A DNA stretch of 64,000 bases from an uncultured delta proteobacterium (GTDB taxonomy: Bacteria; Desulfobacterota; Syntrophia; Syntrophales; UBA2185), in assembly GCA_963729715.1 (NCBI GenBank), contig CAVSPA010000010.1, forward strand, positions 64,001 to 128,000, in the 5' to 3' direction. Positions within the stretch are counted from its first letter, which is position 1. Each line of letters begins with the position of its first letter. A program made the position numbers and the translations under genes. Positions 42,073-51,398 of this stretch are shown here, in pieces. The notes under the pieces were generated by a model. It was not told the origin of the DNA and did no database searches. It saw nothing but the letters and a program-made list of their open reading frames with translations.

Positions 42073-42899
42073 TCGACAAGGGAGATAAACTTCCTGTGAC
42101 ACGGCAATGCGATCTTCTGGATTTGAGCAGATCTGGCGTCTACTACACTCCGGTGCCTCTGAGCGCTAAAGACATAGAGCTTATGCGCCAGATCGACGAG
42201 ATCCATTTAGCGTATCCGTTTTACGGAAGCCGGAAGATTCGCGACGAGCTGTGGGCAAGGGGCTATGAAGTTGGTCGTGACAGGGTGCGACGGCTGATGC
42301 GTAGGATGGGCATCGAGGCGCTGTACGTCAAACCGAAACTCTCGGCATCGCATCCTGGGCATGTGAAGTATCCCTACCTTCTCCGCGGCATTGAGATCAC
42401 GCGGGAAAACCATGTGTGGGCCGCCGACATAACTTATATTCCCATGGCAAAGGGATTCTGTTATCTTGTAGCGGTTATGGACTTGGCGAGCCGGATGGTG
42501 CTTTCCTGGCGGCTGTCCAACACACTGGACAGCACATTTTGTGTGGACGCCCTGGAAGAGGCTATCACCAGATACGGTTGCCCGGAGATATTCAACACGG
42601 ACCAGGGCAGCCAGTTCACCGTGGAAGCATTCACGGATATCCTCCGTTCAAATAGCATTTCAATCAGTATGGACGGGAGGGGCCGGTGGATGGACAACAT
42701 TTTTATCGAACGGCTGTGGAAAAGCGTCGAGTATGAGGATATTTATCTGAAAGCGTATGATTCAATCGTGGAGGTTCAAAAAGGACTTGCCACCTATTTC
42801 ACATTCTATAACGAAAAAAGATGGCATCAAAACTTTGACAGGAAGACCCCGGCTATGGTTTACTTCAGCACCCAACTGCAGAAACAGGCTGCAGCATGA
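42069..42899 (+). CDS. IS3 transposase OrfB (DDE/rve)
   Basis: YGSRK, WAADITYI, NTDQGSQFT, DNIFIERLW. Confidence 0.93.
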   Translation: MIDKGDKLPVTRQCDLLDLSRSGVYYTPVPLSAKDIELMRQIDEIHLAYPFYGSRKIRDELWARGYEVGRDRVRRLMRRMGIEALYVKPKLSASHPGHVKYPYLLRGIEITRENHVWAADITYIPMAKGFCYLVAVMDLASRMVLSWRLSNTLDSTFCVDALEEAITRYGCPEIFNTDQGSQFTVEAFTDILRSNSISISMDGRGRWMDNIFIERLWKSVEYEDIYLKAYDSIVEVQKGLATYFTFYNEKRWHQNFDRKTPAMVYFSTQLQKQAAA

Positions 42900-42966
42900 A
42901 CATCAACCCGGAGCAGTTTCCCACTTATAAATCCCTGTCCCCTGTCCTAAGAAACCAGACCACCTG

Positions 42967-43231
42967 TTTACCCCAAAAGAAGAGAGACTTTTTGAGTAAT
43001 ATCAGAGAGGAAACCGATAAGAAACGAAGGGAGCTTTATAATGAAATGGAGAGGGGGAAAATCACCCCTGAGGAATTTGCAGATGCGGTAAACAAATTAC
43101 ATGACGCTCAGTTATTACGGATTGCTGATCAGATACGAAGAGACGACTATATTAAGTTATTTGGTACACCACCGGAAAAGCCTATTCATCTTGCCGATCC
43201 CAAGTTTGCGAGTTTATTCTTTAAAAAATAA
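42967..43231 (+). pseudogene. 3' remnant of a gene cut by the IS3 element
   Basis: Protein-like helical reading frame that begins at the IS right end with no start codon of its own. Confidence 0.45.
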
Positions 43232-43249
43232 AAGATTAATGTCTCCCGA

Positions 43250-43435
43250 GTAAACTACCACCGACCTTGTCGGTGGCCTTCAAAATGCGGCAAGCCTACG
43301 GACAATGTCCTTCGCCTTGCCTGATAAGGGTTGAAACGGCTATTCTAAAATATTGTTCACCAACATTGTTGGTTCACTTAAGGTGTGGGGCCTCCGCCCC
43401 CACACCCCACCACTGACAATGTCAGTGGTTTTGAC
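43250..43435. mobile_element. Non-autonomous palindromic element (IS200/IS605- or REP-like MITE)
   Basis: GTAAACTA-CCACCGAC-ctt-GTCGGTGG at the left; ACCACTGAC-aat-GTCAGTGGT-TTTGAC at the right; no ORF. Confidence 0.55.
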
Positions 43436-43454
43436 AGATAAATAAACTGATTTA

Positions 43455-43907
43455 TTAAGCCTTCAATTCAGACGTACAATGGGGACAGCGGGAAGCTTTT
43501 ATGGAAATGGTCGATAAACAATAGAGACATTCCTTGGTAGTAGGTATGGCCGGTTTCGTTGCCTCTTTTCTTTTCAATGCGTTGATCTGCTTGATGATAA
43601 GAAATACGGCAAATGCAATAATGAGAAAGCTTATGACTGTATTGCAGAACACACCGAGATTCATGGTAACTGCGCCGGCAGCCTTTGCGTCAGAGAGAGT
43701 AGCATAGGGGCCTGCTATCTTCCCTGATTTTATGACCATGAAGATGTTAGAGAAATCAACCCTGCCGAGGAGAAGTCCTATGGGCGGCATGATAATATCA
43801 TCAACCAGAGATTTTACTATTGTTCCAAAAGCAGCGCCGATGATAATGCCGACGGCCATATCGACCACATTACCACGCATTGCAAACTCTTTGAATTCTT
43901 TAAACAT
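43455..43907 (-). CDS. mscL: Large-conductance mechanosensitive channel
   Basis: [41 protein letters not shown]. Confidence 0.95.
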   Translation of the reverse strand: MFKEFKEFAMRGNVVDMAVGIIIGAAFGTIVKSLVDDIIMPPIGLLLGRVDFSNIFMVIKSGKIAGPYATLSDAKAAGAVTMNLGVFCNTVISFLIIAFAVFLIIKQINALKRKEATKPAIPTTKECLYCLSTISIKASRCPHCTSELKA

Positions 43908-43980
43908 GCCATATTCTCCTTTCTTAGCCATTAGGAGAAATAATCTCCAGGGGCCTTTATGAACGAGATATCTTTCAAAA

Positions 43981-44028
43981 ATAGAAGGCCTCTCACTTAG
44001 ATTTTACAGATATTGAGAGGCCTTCTAT
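43981..44028. terminator. Stem-loop downstream of the OmpA-family gene
   Basis: ATAGAAGGCCTCTCA / TGAGAGGCCTTCTAT perfect 15-bp stem. Confidence 0.65.
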
Positions 44029-44051
44029 GTTAAACGATCCAAGAATAGACA

Positions 44052-45218
44052 TTATCTCTCGATAGTATATTCTACAGCGGCTTCAACCCTCCTGTTTTTC
44101 TGTCTTCCTTCCTTGGTTGAATTGCTCGCAATAGGTTTTGAAGATCCAAAACCCTTTGCAGTTAGCCGGGATGGTTCAATGTTGAATTTAGTTACCATGA
44201 TATTTTTTATTGCTTCGGCACGCTTCTGGGAAAGATTAAGATTGTGTTTATTTCCCCCAACATTGTCTGTATGCCCTTCAATAACAATCTTCAGATCTGG
44301 ATATTTCTTCATAACCTCGGCAACACTCTGAATGTCTTTATAATATTTTTGCTTTACAACTGCTTTGCCAAAATCGAACTTGATATCCAGTGTGGCTCGA
44401 CCCTTTTCAAGTATCTTCTGCTCAACCTCAGGTGCTTTCTTCATCTCCTCTACTGGCAGCGGTGGTGGTGGTGGCGGCGGTGCCGGCACCTCGGCTGGCT
44501 TCTGGGTCAGGAATATTCTTTCCACAAAATTGGACATTGCTGAATCGTTTGCAAGGTCGTCACCCTTTACAGAGACTCCGCATTGTCCTGCCTTTACGAT
44601 CTTGTCGAGGGTTTTGGCTCCTTGTTCGTCATCTCCTATCTGGACGGTGTAGATGCATAGATTATCACCATACTGGCTCTTAATGTTCGCTGCTGCCTTC
44701 ACCGGCGCGTCGCCCATATCTACTCCATCCGTGAATATTACAAGCGCACTTTTGCCCTGTAGACCTTTCAGGTCGTTGCCTGCCGCCAAGATTACCACCT
44801 CAAGCGGGCTGTTCCCAAACGGGGTTTTCAATCTCTGTATAACCCCTTCAAGACTATCCGGGTCGTACTTTGTCATTCCATATTCTAATTTTGTGACGTT
44901 AAAATCCGAATAATTCTGACCTAATGTCCTCAGTCCGCCGTTGAGGCTCAAATCTGGAATGTAACTGTTAAATTTGCTGACGAGCGACTTTTCAATTAAA
45001 AACTTCTGCACCCCGCCATAGTTAAACTCCATCGATCCGGTCTTGTCGAAAATAATCTCGAAATTATTTGCGTTCTGAATGTACTGCCCTGATTTCGGCT
45101 TCATGCTTAGGTCACCAGCCTTAATGACAGGACTCGGCTTCTGTGTTGTGGCACACCCTATTAACAATGTGAATACTAAGAATGGAAATAGAATCCTGAA
45201 AATGCTTTTTGGGGACAT
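44052..45218 (-). CDS. OmpA-family lipoprotein with vWA-like N-domain
   Basis: Lipobox LIGC; FDKTGSM and FTDG (MIDAS-like); poly-Pro linker; IEGHTD, NLNLSQKRA, NRRVE. Confidence 0.88.
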   Translation of the reverse strand: MSPKSIFRILFPFLVFTLLIGCATTQKPSPVIKAGDLSMKPKSGQYIQNANNFEIIFDKTGSMEFNYGGVQKFLIEKSLVSKFNSYIPDLSLNGGLRTLGQNYSDFNVTKLEYGMTKYDPDSLEGVIQRLKTPFGNSPLEVVILAAGNDLKGLQGKSALVIFTDGVDMGDAPVKAAANIKSQYGDNLCIYTVQIGDDEQGAKTLDKIVKAGQCGVSVKGDDLANDSAMSNFVERIFLTQKPAEVPAPPPPPPPLPVEEMKKAPEVEQKILEKGRATLDIKFDFGKAVVKQKYYKDIQSVAEVMKKYPDLKIVIEGHTDNVGGNKHNLNLSQKRAEAIKNIMVTKFNIEPSRLTAKGFGSSKPIASNSTKEGRQKNRRVEAAVEYTIER

Positions 45219-45477
45219 GTCTCTTCCTTTCAAAAACTTTTTTTGTGATTGGTCTTGTGCCGTCTGCAACGAATTAGCATTGAATCCGCTTTTATCACGG
45301 ACTGTGGCAGTCTTGAATTAAAAGATGAGATTTCATGAATCATCTCATTTCATAATAGGCAGGGCAGGAAACTGTATATGCGAGTCAGCTACTCAATATT
45401 ATTTTAAAAATAGATTTTAATTCAGGCTGAGTCAAGAAAAAAGTTTGAACTTTCAAGTAAACTTGACATTATATAAA

Positions 45478-45598
45478 TGGCTGATTTTAGTGGTTCAATG
45501 TAAATACAATGATGCTGAATGGATATTGATAACCGGTTGTAATCTTTAGAGGAACAATTTGAGTTGTGGTAGATGGGGATGGTGAGTAGAACTTCCTG
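45478..45598 (+). repeat. 121-bp non-coding direct repeat, copy A
   Basis: Ungapped match to 47118-47238, 17 mismatches by manual count. Confidence 0.85.
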
Positions 45599-45686
45599 AA
45601 GTCAACAAACTGCCATCTTTGATTTTCATTGTAGCTTTCAAATTGTAATCATGATAATCAAAGGCGTAATATGTAACATCAGAGAT

Positions 45687-45773
45687 TAAGAGTCATAAAC
45701 CCTTTAACATTGCGTGAGGGTCATATGGACTGATTACCGAAACCCCGTTTCTCAGAAGAGTGCGGGGTTTTTG
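45687..45773 (+). promoter_or_regulatory. Candidate structured leader RNA plus intrinsic terminator, copy 2
   Basis: Homologous to the reverse complement of 38421-38514. Confidence 0.55.
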
Positions 45774-45844
45774 CTTGTTAAGGATTATGAGAAATAATTA
45801 TTATGGCATTCACTTTGCTCTAGTAAGCAGAAGAGGTTATAAGA

Positions 45845-46435
45845 ATGAATCAACCGGCTTCGGTACAAGAAACTCCCCTCGTGATTCTGATAGGAAATCG
45901 GAAAGCGATGTCAATCGGTATTTGGATATTAGTATTAATTATTCCGTGGTCTATATTTGGCATAATTCTGCCAGTCTTGACGACGGGAGACTATAACTCA
46001 GTTTGGCCAGCTAGTACGGTAAGTAATGTTAGGAACATTTTAATGTTTTACTTAGCTTGGATCGTCCTTCTATTTGCACCAGTTTTTTTGGTACTAACAC
46101 TGGGCAAAGCGGGAACTTATTATTTTTATAGCGACAGGGCGGAGCTACGCACTTATTGGATAAAAAGAAAATTAATGATTCCATATAATCGCATGCATGT
46201 TATCCGGCGAAGTGGGCGGATACTGATGACTGCGCAGAGTCTCCCCAGTTGGTCACACCCCCTGCTGCGCTTTAAGGAGGAGTATTGGAATAGTCTGTTT
46301 TTTGCAACCATTTTCGATGATCCAAAGATTGCAGGCATGAAAGCAGGTTTAACGCGAACATGGGAAAACCCTGAAGATGGTCCAAAGGTATTAGAGATTC
46401 TGAAGGAAAGAGCTTTTTCATTCATAGAAAAATAG
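45845..46435 (+). CDS. Hypothetical two-TM membrane protein
   Basis: RBS AGAGG; two TM helices followed by a soluble domain. Confidence 0.7.
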   Translation: MNQPASVQETPLVILIGNRKAMSIGIWILVLIIPWSIFGIILPVLTTGDYNSVWPASTVSNVRNILMFYLAWIVLLFAPVFLVLTLGKAGTYYFYSDRAELRTYWIKRKLMIPYNRMHVIRRSGRILMTAQSLPSWSHPLLRFKEEYWNSLFFATIFDDPKIAGMKAGLTRTWENPEDGPKVLEILKERAFSFIEK

Positions 46436-46471
46436 ACATTCGTTTTCCGTCAGAGTGAGGGAGTTGATTGT

Positions 46472-47032
46472 ATGGATACTAAAGATGTTCAAAAGACGAA
46501 CCCATTTGAGAAGCCCTTATTTGTACTGAGATATGTTCCCTGGCGTATCGTTTGGCGTCTCTTTATACCTATTATCCCTATAGGCTTGTCATCATTTTAT
46601 GTCACCTTTGCTATCGGCATTTTTAAATACCCCTCAGACCTGGCTCACCAACTTGGGCGGATCGTAGCTTTCATGATGGTTATAGGCTGCTTATGGGTTA
46701 TCTACGACATGTTGGGTATGGAGGGGGTATATCTATATAAGGACCAGGTGATCAAACGTTACAGGTGGGGAAGAGAGAACAAGGTCATTTTAGGTAGGGC
46801 AAAGTATAATAATACAGCGACCTGGTTCATGGAAATAATCGCAATTTTTGACGAAAGCCGCCCGCTTTTTTTGCGTAGTTTCAAGGATGTTTTTTTTGAC
46901 GGAATGTTGGCAGCACCGAGAGACGTGAAAAAATTCAAGGAGATATTATCCGAGATCGCGCGAACAAAAATTGAAGACCTTGACAGCAACTTCTTTCCGA
47001 CAAAACTGATACAAAAAGAAGATGAGTCATGA
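46472..47032 (+). CDS. Hypothetical two-TM membrane protein
   Basis: RBS GGGAG; same architecture as the upstream gene. Confidence 0.7.
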   Translation: MDTKDVQKTNPFEKPLFVLRYVPWRIVWRLFIPIIPIGLSSFYVTFAIGIFKYPSDLAHQLGRIVAFMMVIGCLWVIYDMLGMEGVYLYKDQVIKRYRWGRENKVILGRAKYNNTATWFMEIIAIFDESRPLFLRSFKDVFFDGMLAAPRDVKKFKEILSEIARTKIEDLDSNFFPTKLIQKEDES

Positions 47033-47117
47033 CTAGCGCTGCCCCGTGGCAGGCCTAATAAGGCCGAAGAATCGCGTGCTGTCCCTATTTAACCCAAGCA
47101 AAATGTAGTGTGTATTG

Positions 47118-47238
47118 TGGCTGATTTTCGTGGTTCAATGTAAATACAATGATCCTGGGTGCATGCTGATAACCGGTTGTAATCATTATGGGAGCAATTT
47201 CAGCTATGATAGATGGGGTGGGTGAGTAGAACTTCCTG
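47118..47238 (+). repeat. 121-bp non-coding direct repeat, copy B
   Basis: Matches 45478-45598. Confidence 0.85.
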
Positions 47239-47399
47239 TTATGTAGCATCAGACGGTTTTCCAAGACATACTCTGTTTCAACTGATAATCATTGTTTTCT
47301 TTTGAGAAAAAATAACGTGTGCTATAATGATATCCAAATTATCGGGGAAAAAGAACAGCATATATAAATTAGGCGGGCGGTATTTAAAAGGAGAAATAA

Positions 47400-47828
47400 G
47401 TGCGACGGCATTTTGAAAAATCAATATTATTGGGGTTGCTATTTATTTGTTATTTTTCGATGGAAGGTCTCATTGATCGCGTGGCAATGGCAAATGATTA
47501 TACAGGAAAATACACTAGAGAAACGGATAATGAGAGCGCCGATATTGTTATTAATAAAATTAATAATGGAAAGTATCATATTAAAGGCTTTGCGTTATGG
47601 GGCACTAAAAGCACTAATGCGCCGAATATTGGTGAATTAGATTTTACATCAAAAATTAATAAAGGTAGGATTCATTACACTCGCTATAAAGGAACGACGA
47701 ACGGCAAAAAAGAATACTACATACTGAATATTGCATTCAATAAAAGAGGATTGGTCGCAAAAGAAAAGAACTGGGCTGGATTCTTCGGAATGAATGTTCA
47801 ATTTACCGGGACATATATTAAAAAATAA
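47400..47828 (+). CDS. Exported hypothetical protein
   Basis: RBS AAGGAG, GTG start, signal-like N-terminus, beta-rich; ends FGMNVQFTGTYIKK. Confidence 0.7.
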   Translation: MRRHFEKSILLGLLFICYFSMEGLIDRVAMANDYTGKYTRETDNESADIVINKINNGKYHIKGFALWGTKSTNAPNIGELDFTSKINKGRIHYTRYKGTTNGKKEYYILNIAFNKRGLVAKEKNWAGFFGMNVQFTGTYIKK

Positions 47829-47884
47829 CACCGCATTTGCGATTTTATACAGACTGTATAAACATTGCTGGGGTAATAAATACT

Positions 47885-48394
47885 ATGGTCAAATCATTCT
47901 ATTTAGCACTTGTTGTAGCTACGTTCTTAGGATTATGCATTCCTTGTATGGCTGGCAGCGACTAGCCTCTAATGGCACTTAGATACGAACAATACCCGGT
48001 AAAGAACATTTTCAAAGGTAAACCTGCCGTGCCGCGATTGGAGGATCCCGATGCAAGAATGTACAGAACAGCGATTCGACGACAAGCGGTATCCGGTCCT
48101 GACTTTGCGGGGGAATACACTATTGTTAAACATGGCTGTGGCGCCTGCTGTCAGGGTTTCTTCATTATAAATGCTCGAACAGGTAAGGTGTATAAACGTC
48201 CGTTTGGCCTATCATGTCACTACAAGGAAGGAGTACCGGGATATGGATTAGTTGGACTCCATTACCGTCTTGACAGTAAGCTCCTTATTGCTAGGGGTGC
48301 GCGGAACGAACAAGGCGGTGGTGAATATTATTATGTGTGGGAAAACGATCATCTAAAGTTGCTAAAGTCACTTGAAGAACCGATTAAGCAATGA
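47885..48394 (+). pseudogene. Exported hypothetical protein with an in-frame TAG after the signal peptide
   Basis: MVKSFYLALVVATFLGLCIPCMAGSD*PLMALRYEQYP; body contains GPDFAGEYTIVKHGCGACC. Confidence 0.6.
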
Positions 48395-48406
48395 GTCTTA
48401 TTTTAG

Positions 48407-48470
48407 CCCTAACCAGACGTTGGAGCTAATCGGCGATAAAGCAGGTCGCTGGCTCAACTCTATGTGGACC
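48407..48470 (+). other. Degenerate attC-like site
   Basis: CCCTAAC after a stop codon; TTG(G)AGC/GCTCAA pair with an extrahelical G; right core decayed to GTGGACC. Confidence 0.5.
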
Positions 48471-48500
48471 AGACTAAAGAAAAGAAACTGGGAGCAAACT

Positions 48501-48908
48501 GTGACCATTAATGTGAATCCTGTTCGGTTGTTTTACTGTGTTGCGATGGCGTTTGTGCTTTTTCAGCCCGTTGTTGGGCACGCACAATCGAGCCAGACGG
48601 AGAGACAACAGGCTGAGGCAATGCAATTTGGATTGTTATTGGGTGCCTCGGCGATTCAGTATGACCAATGCGTCGCTAGAGGATATATTTCTCCAGGGTC
48701 TCAAAAGGCTGAAGACTTAGCCAGACAGTTCATAAAGACTTCTAAACAAGCAGCACCAAATGAGGAAAAAGAGAATTATGCCAACGTACAAAAAGGATGG
48801 GATCTCGCCAAACAGAAAATCAACGAACAAGGTCCCAAATATTGGGAAGACAACTGTGTAAGAATCAACGAACAGTGGAATAAGTATCTGAAGATGTTAA
48901 AGCAGTAG
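48501..48908 (+). CDS. Exported hypothetical protein
   Basis: GGAG RBS and GTG start right after the attC-like site; signal peptide ending GHA. Confidence 0.6.
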   Translation: MTINVNPVRLFYCVAMAFVLFQPVVGHAQSSQTERQQAEAMQFGLLLGASAIQYDQCVARGYISPGSQKAEDLARQFIKTSKQAAPNEEKENYANVQKGWDLAKQKINEQGPKYWEDNCVRINEQWNKYLKMLKQ

Positions 48909-48982
48909 CAGTCGCCTTTGTGGAAGACGTTGGGAGGTACAGTATCACCAGAGAATGGACAGAATGAAATGCATAATCCACC

Positions 48983-49038
48983 GTCTAACCCTTAATGCAG
49001 ACGACTCGATACATTTGCGGCTGATTTTTGTATTAGCA
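48983..49038 (+). other. Degenerate attC-like site
   Basis: GTCTAAC...AT(G)CAG/CTGAT...ATTAGCA. Confidence 0.45.
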
Positions 49039-49224
49039 GTTTTCAACCAGTAATTGTTATATTTTATCGCACCTTGGTCTCCAACAGTTGTAGGTGACAG
49101 CTGCATCCCTTCAATAAAGACAAAATTGCCAGCGCCCATTATTCTCCATATCTTTAGCCTGTAGAAGATTCTATTCTCTCCGGAACCCCGAAGACCTCAC
49201 AGACAAAGAATATGGAGGTGCGTC

Positions 49225-50064
49225 ATGACGACACAAGAAGCGATAACCCTGTTCAAATATTATCTTCAAGCAAACCACAAAGAGAGAACCATTGACAGCT
49301 ACAGCCTTCTGCTTGACAGGTTCAATGCGATTCATGGAGAGAGACTACTGGAGGATATCAGTCCCGATGAGATCTTCCATTTTCTGGAAAGTGTGACGCA
49401 GAAGCTGTCTAAATCCACACGGAGGCTCCGGTATGCCCAGATAAAATCCTTTTATAACTTCATCATCGACCGCTGCTCACTGAATATGAGGAATCCCTGC
49501 AACACGACGCTGCTCAGCAAGGCCTTCAGGGCACCGAAACAGTTGCCACGCAAGATCCTCGACAGGGAAACGGTGGAAGAAATGATCTACAACGCGAAAA
49601 GGCAGCGTGACCGGTTGCTACTGGAACTTCAGGCGCGATGTGGATTGAGAATCGGTGAATTGCTGAAGATCAAGGTGTCGGATGTCTCTGACAGAACCAT
49701 CACCCTTAGAGAACCCAAATCAGGCAAGGAGGTAGAAATGGCCTACATGCCGGAGAACGTTTCGAGGAAGCTGGCGGAATACGTCAAGGAGAAGGCCCTT
49801 CAAGGAGAGGATCGGATATTCGCCATCTGCTATTCGACAGCAAGATCCCTTGTCAGAGGGCTGGGAGCCAAGTTGAATGTCCATGTGTCACCCCATGATC
49901 TCCGGAGATACTCAGCCACTTATGCCAGCAGAAACGGTGTTCCCCTGGAAGTAGTATCGAAGGTAATCTTGAGGCACCAGGATTTAAAGACAACGCAGGT
50001 CTACCTCGGGAAGATCACCGATTCCGAAGCGATCCGATGGATGGACATCCTTCACGAAAAATAG
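49225..50064 (+). CDS. Tyrosine recombinase/integrase
   Basis: CGLRIGEL, PKSG, PHDLRR, LRHQDLKTTQVYLG catalytic motifs; RBS GGAGG. Confidence 0.92.
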   Translation: MTTQEAITLFKYYLQANHKERTIDSYSLLLDRFNAIHGERLLEDISPDEIFHFLESVTQKLSKSTRRLRYAQIKSFYNFIIDRCSLNMRNPCNTTLLSKAFRAPKQLPRKILDRETVEEMIYNAKRQRDRLLLELQARCGLRIGELLKIKVSDVSDRTITLREPKSGKEVEMAYMPENVSRKLAEYVKEKALQGEDRIFAICYSTARSLVRGLGAKLNVHVSPHDLRRYSATYASRNGVPLEVVSKVILRHQDLKTTQVYLGKITDSEAIRWMDILHEK

Positions 50065-50276
50065 GATCATTCAACATAACCAATTGGAACATGGAGGTCT
50101 TTGGGGTTCATAAATCATGTCCAGATCACCCCTAATGCGTTATCTTATCATCAGAAACTGCGAGTTTCATCCTGATAATATCAACCATTTATTCAGAAAA
50201 ATCTGAATAGTTCAAACGGTATTCAGCGATGCAAAAAACTGTTGACTTGATATTCCTTGGAGGTTATATTCCTTCC

Positions 50277-50642
50277 ATGGCATGGGAAGTTGAATATACT
50301 GATGAATTTGAAGCATGGTGGATTGGTCTGACCGAGGAAGAACAGATCGATATTGATGCGGTTGTCGGTTTATTGGAAGAAAAGGGGCCTCATCTGCCGT
50401 ACCCTTATAGTTCAGATGTCAAAGGAACCAAGTACGGATCAATAAGGGAGTTACGGATTCAGCATAAAGGTAAACCGTATAGAGTCCTTTATGCCTTCGA
50501 TCCTCGCAGAGCGGCAATTCTACTTATTGGCGGCAGAAAGACAGGTGGTACGCGTTGGTATGAAAAATACGTGTCTGTGGCTGAAAGAATCTATGAGGAA
50601 CATTTGAAGTCTTTAAAAGATGAACAAGGGGGCGCATTATGA
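50277..50642 (+). CDS. Type II TA toxin, RelE/ParE (HigB/Gp49-like)
   Basis: WEVEYTDEF, GPHLPYPYS, RELRIQH, YRVLYAFDPRR. Confidence 0.88.
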   Translation: MAWEVEYTDEFEAWWIGLTEEEQIDIDAVVGLLEEKGPHLPYPYSSDVKGTKYGSIRELRIQHKGKPYRVLYAFDPRRAAILLIGGRKTGGTRWYEKYVSVAERIYEEHLKSLKDEQGGAL

Positions 50643-50980
50643 GCAAGCCTTACTCTATGCTGAGAGGAAAAATGAAACCCGCAGCACGAAAAGAAGCAGC
50701 GAAGAAGACAAAGGCCTTACTTGATGCAATGCCTTTGCAGGAATTGCGTCATGCCAGGAATTTGAGCCAGGAACAACTTGCACAAACATTGTCTGTCAGG
50801 CAGGCTGCAGTATCAAAGCTTGAAAAGCGGACAGACATGTATATCAGCACATTAAGAAATTTTATCAAGGCCATGGGAGGCGACCTGGAGATCATCGCCA
50901 AATTTCCTGATGGGTCTGTTCAGATCAGTCAATTTGAAGACATTGCTGCGAAGACAGAAAAGAGTAATGTACCGGCGTAA
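50639..50980 (+). CDS. Type II TA antitoxin, XRE HTH (HigA-like)
   Basis: LQELRHARNLSQEQLA...VSKLEKRTDMYISTLR; ATGA overlap with the toxin. Confidence 0.88.
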   Translation: MSKPYSMLRGKMKPAARKEAAKKTKALLDAMPLQELRHARNLSQEQLAQTLSVRQAAVSKLEKRTDMYISTLRNFIKAMGGDLEIIAKFPDGSVQISQFEDIAAKTEKSNVPA

Positions 50981-51398
50981 CGAGAAACCTTCTCTTCTTC
51001 ACAAACGGATTTGGCATTCCTGATGGACTGAGCATCTCACAAAGCAGTAACCCGAATCATCGGATGGGTTTATTGATAGTCACTTGAAATGTGCAATGGC
51101 TGGTCAGGTCTTTTCTTCGGTTGATAAAATATTGACAACTTCCTCAAGTGTCAGGCAATTTTGACTGGCATACTTTCTTTCAAACGGTAATCCTCATTGA
51201 CTGTTATGAATAAGAAAATATATTGCAACATGTAAAACTTTCTGCTAAGCAGTCTCTGCACCCCACCTGATATCAGAATGAGAACATACTCATTGAAATC
51301 AAGATGGCTGCTTATCTCTCAGGTCTCTACGGAGAAAGAGGCACGCTATTAAGAAAACCAATCCCAAATCGAAAAAGAATGCTGGCCCGCGCATACGG

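Larger units (their letters stand above)
41696..42966 (+). mobile_element. IS3-family insertion sequence
   Basis: orfA/orfB; imperfect terminal IRs TAGCTGGTCTGGaaaaactGGACAGG / CCTGTCCtaagaaaCCAGACCACCTG; exact ends approximate. Confidence 0.88.

Noticed and set aside
44455..44485. GGT repeat as a contingency locus
   Set aside because: It encodes the poly-Pro linker of the OmpA protein; mixed codons, in frame.
49225..50064. Integron integrase IntI or chromosomal XerC/D
   Set aside because: Short, with no evident IntI-specific insertion; motifs (PHDLRR, LRH) differ from the XerC/D PHxLRHSFATH and LGH.
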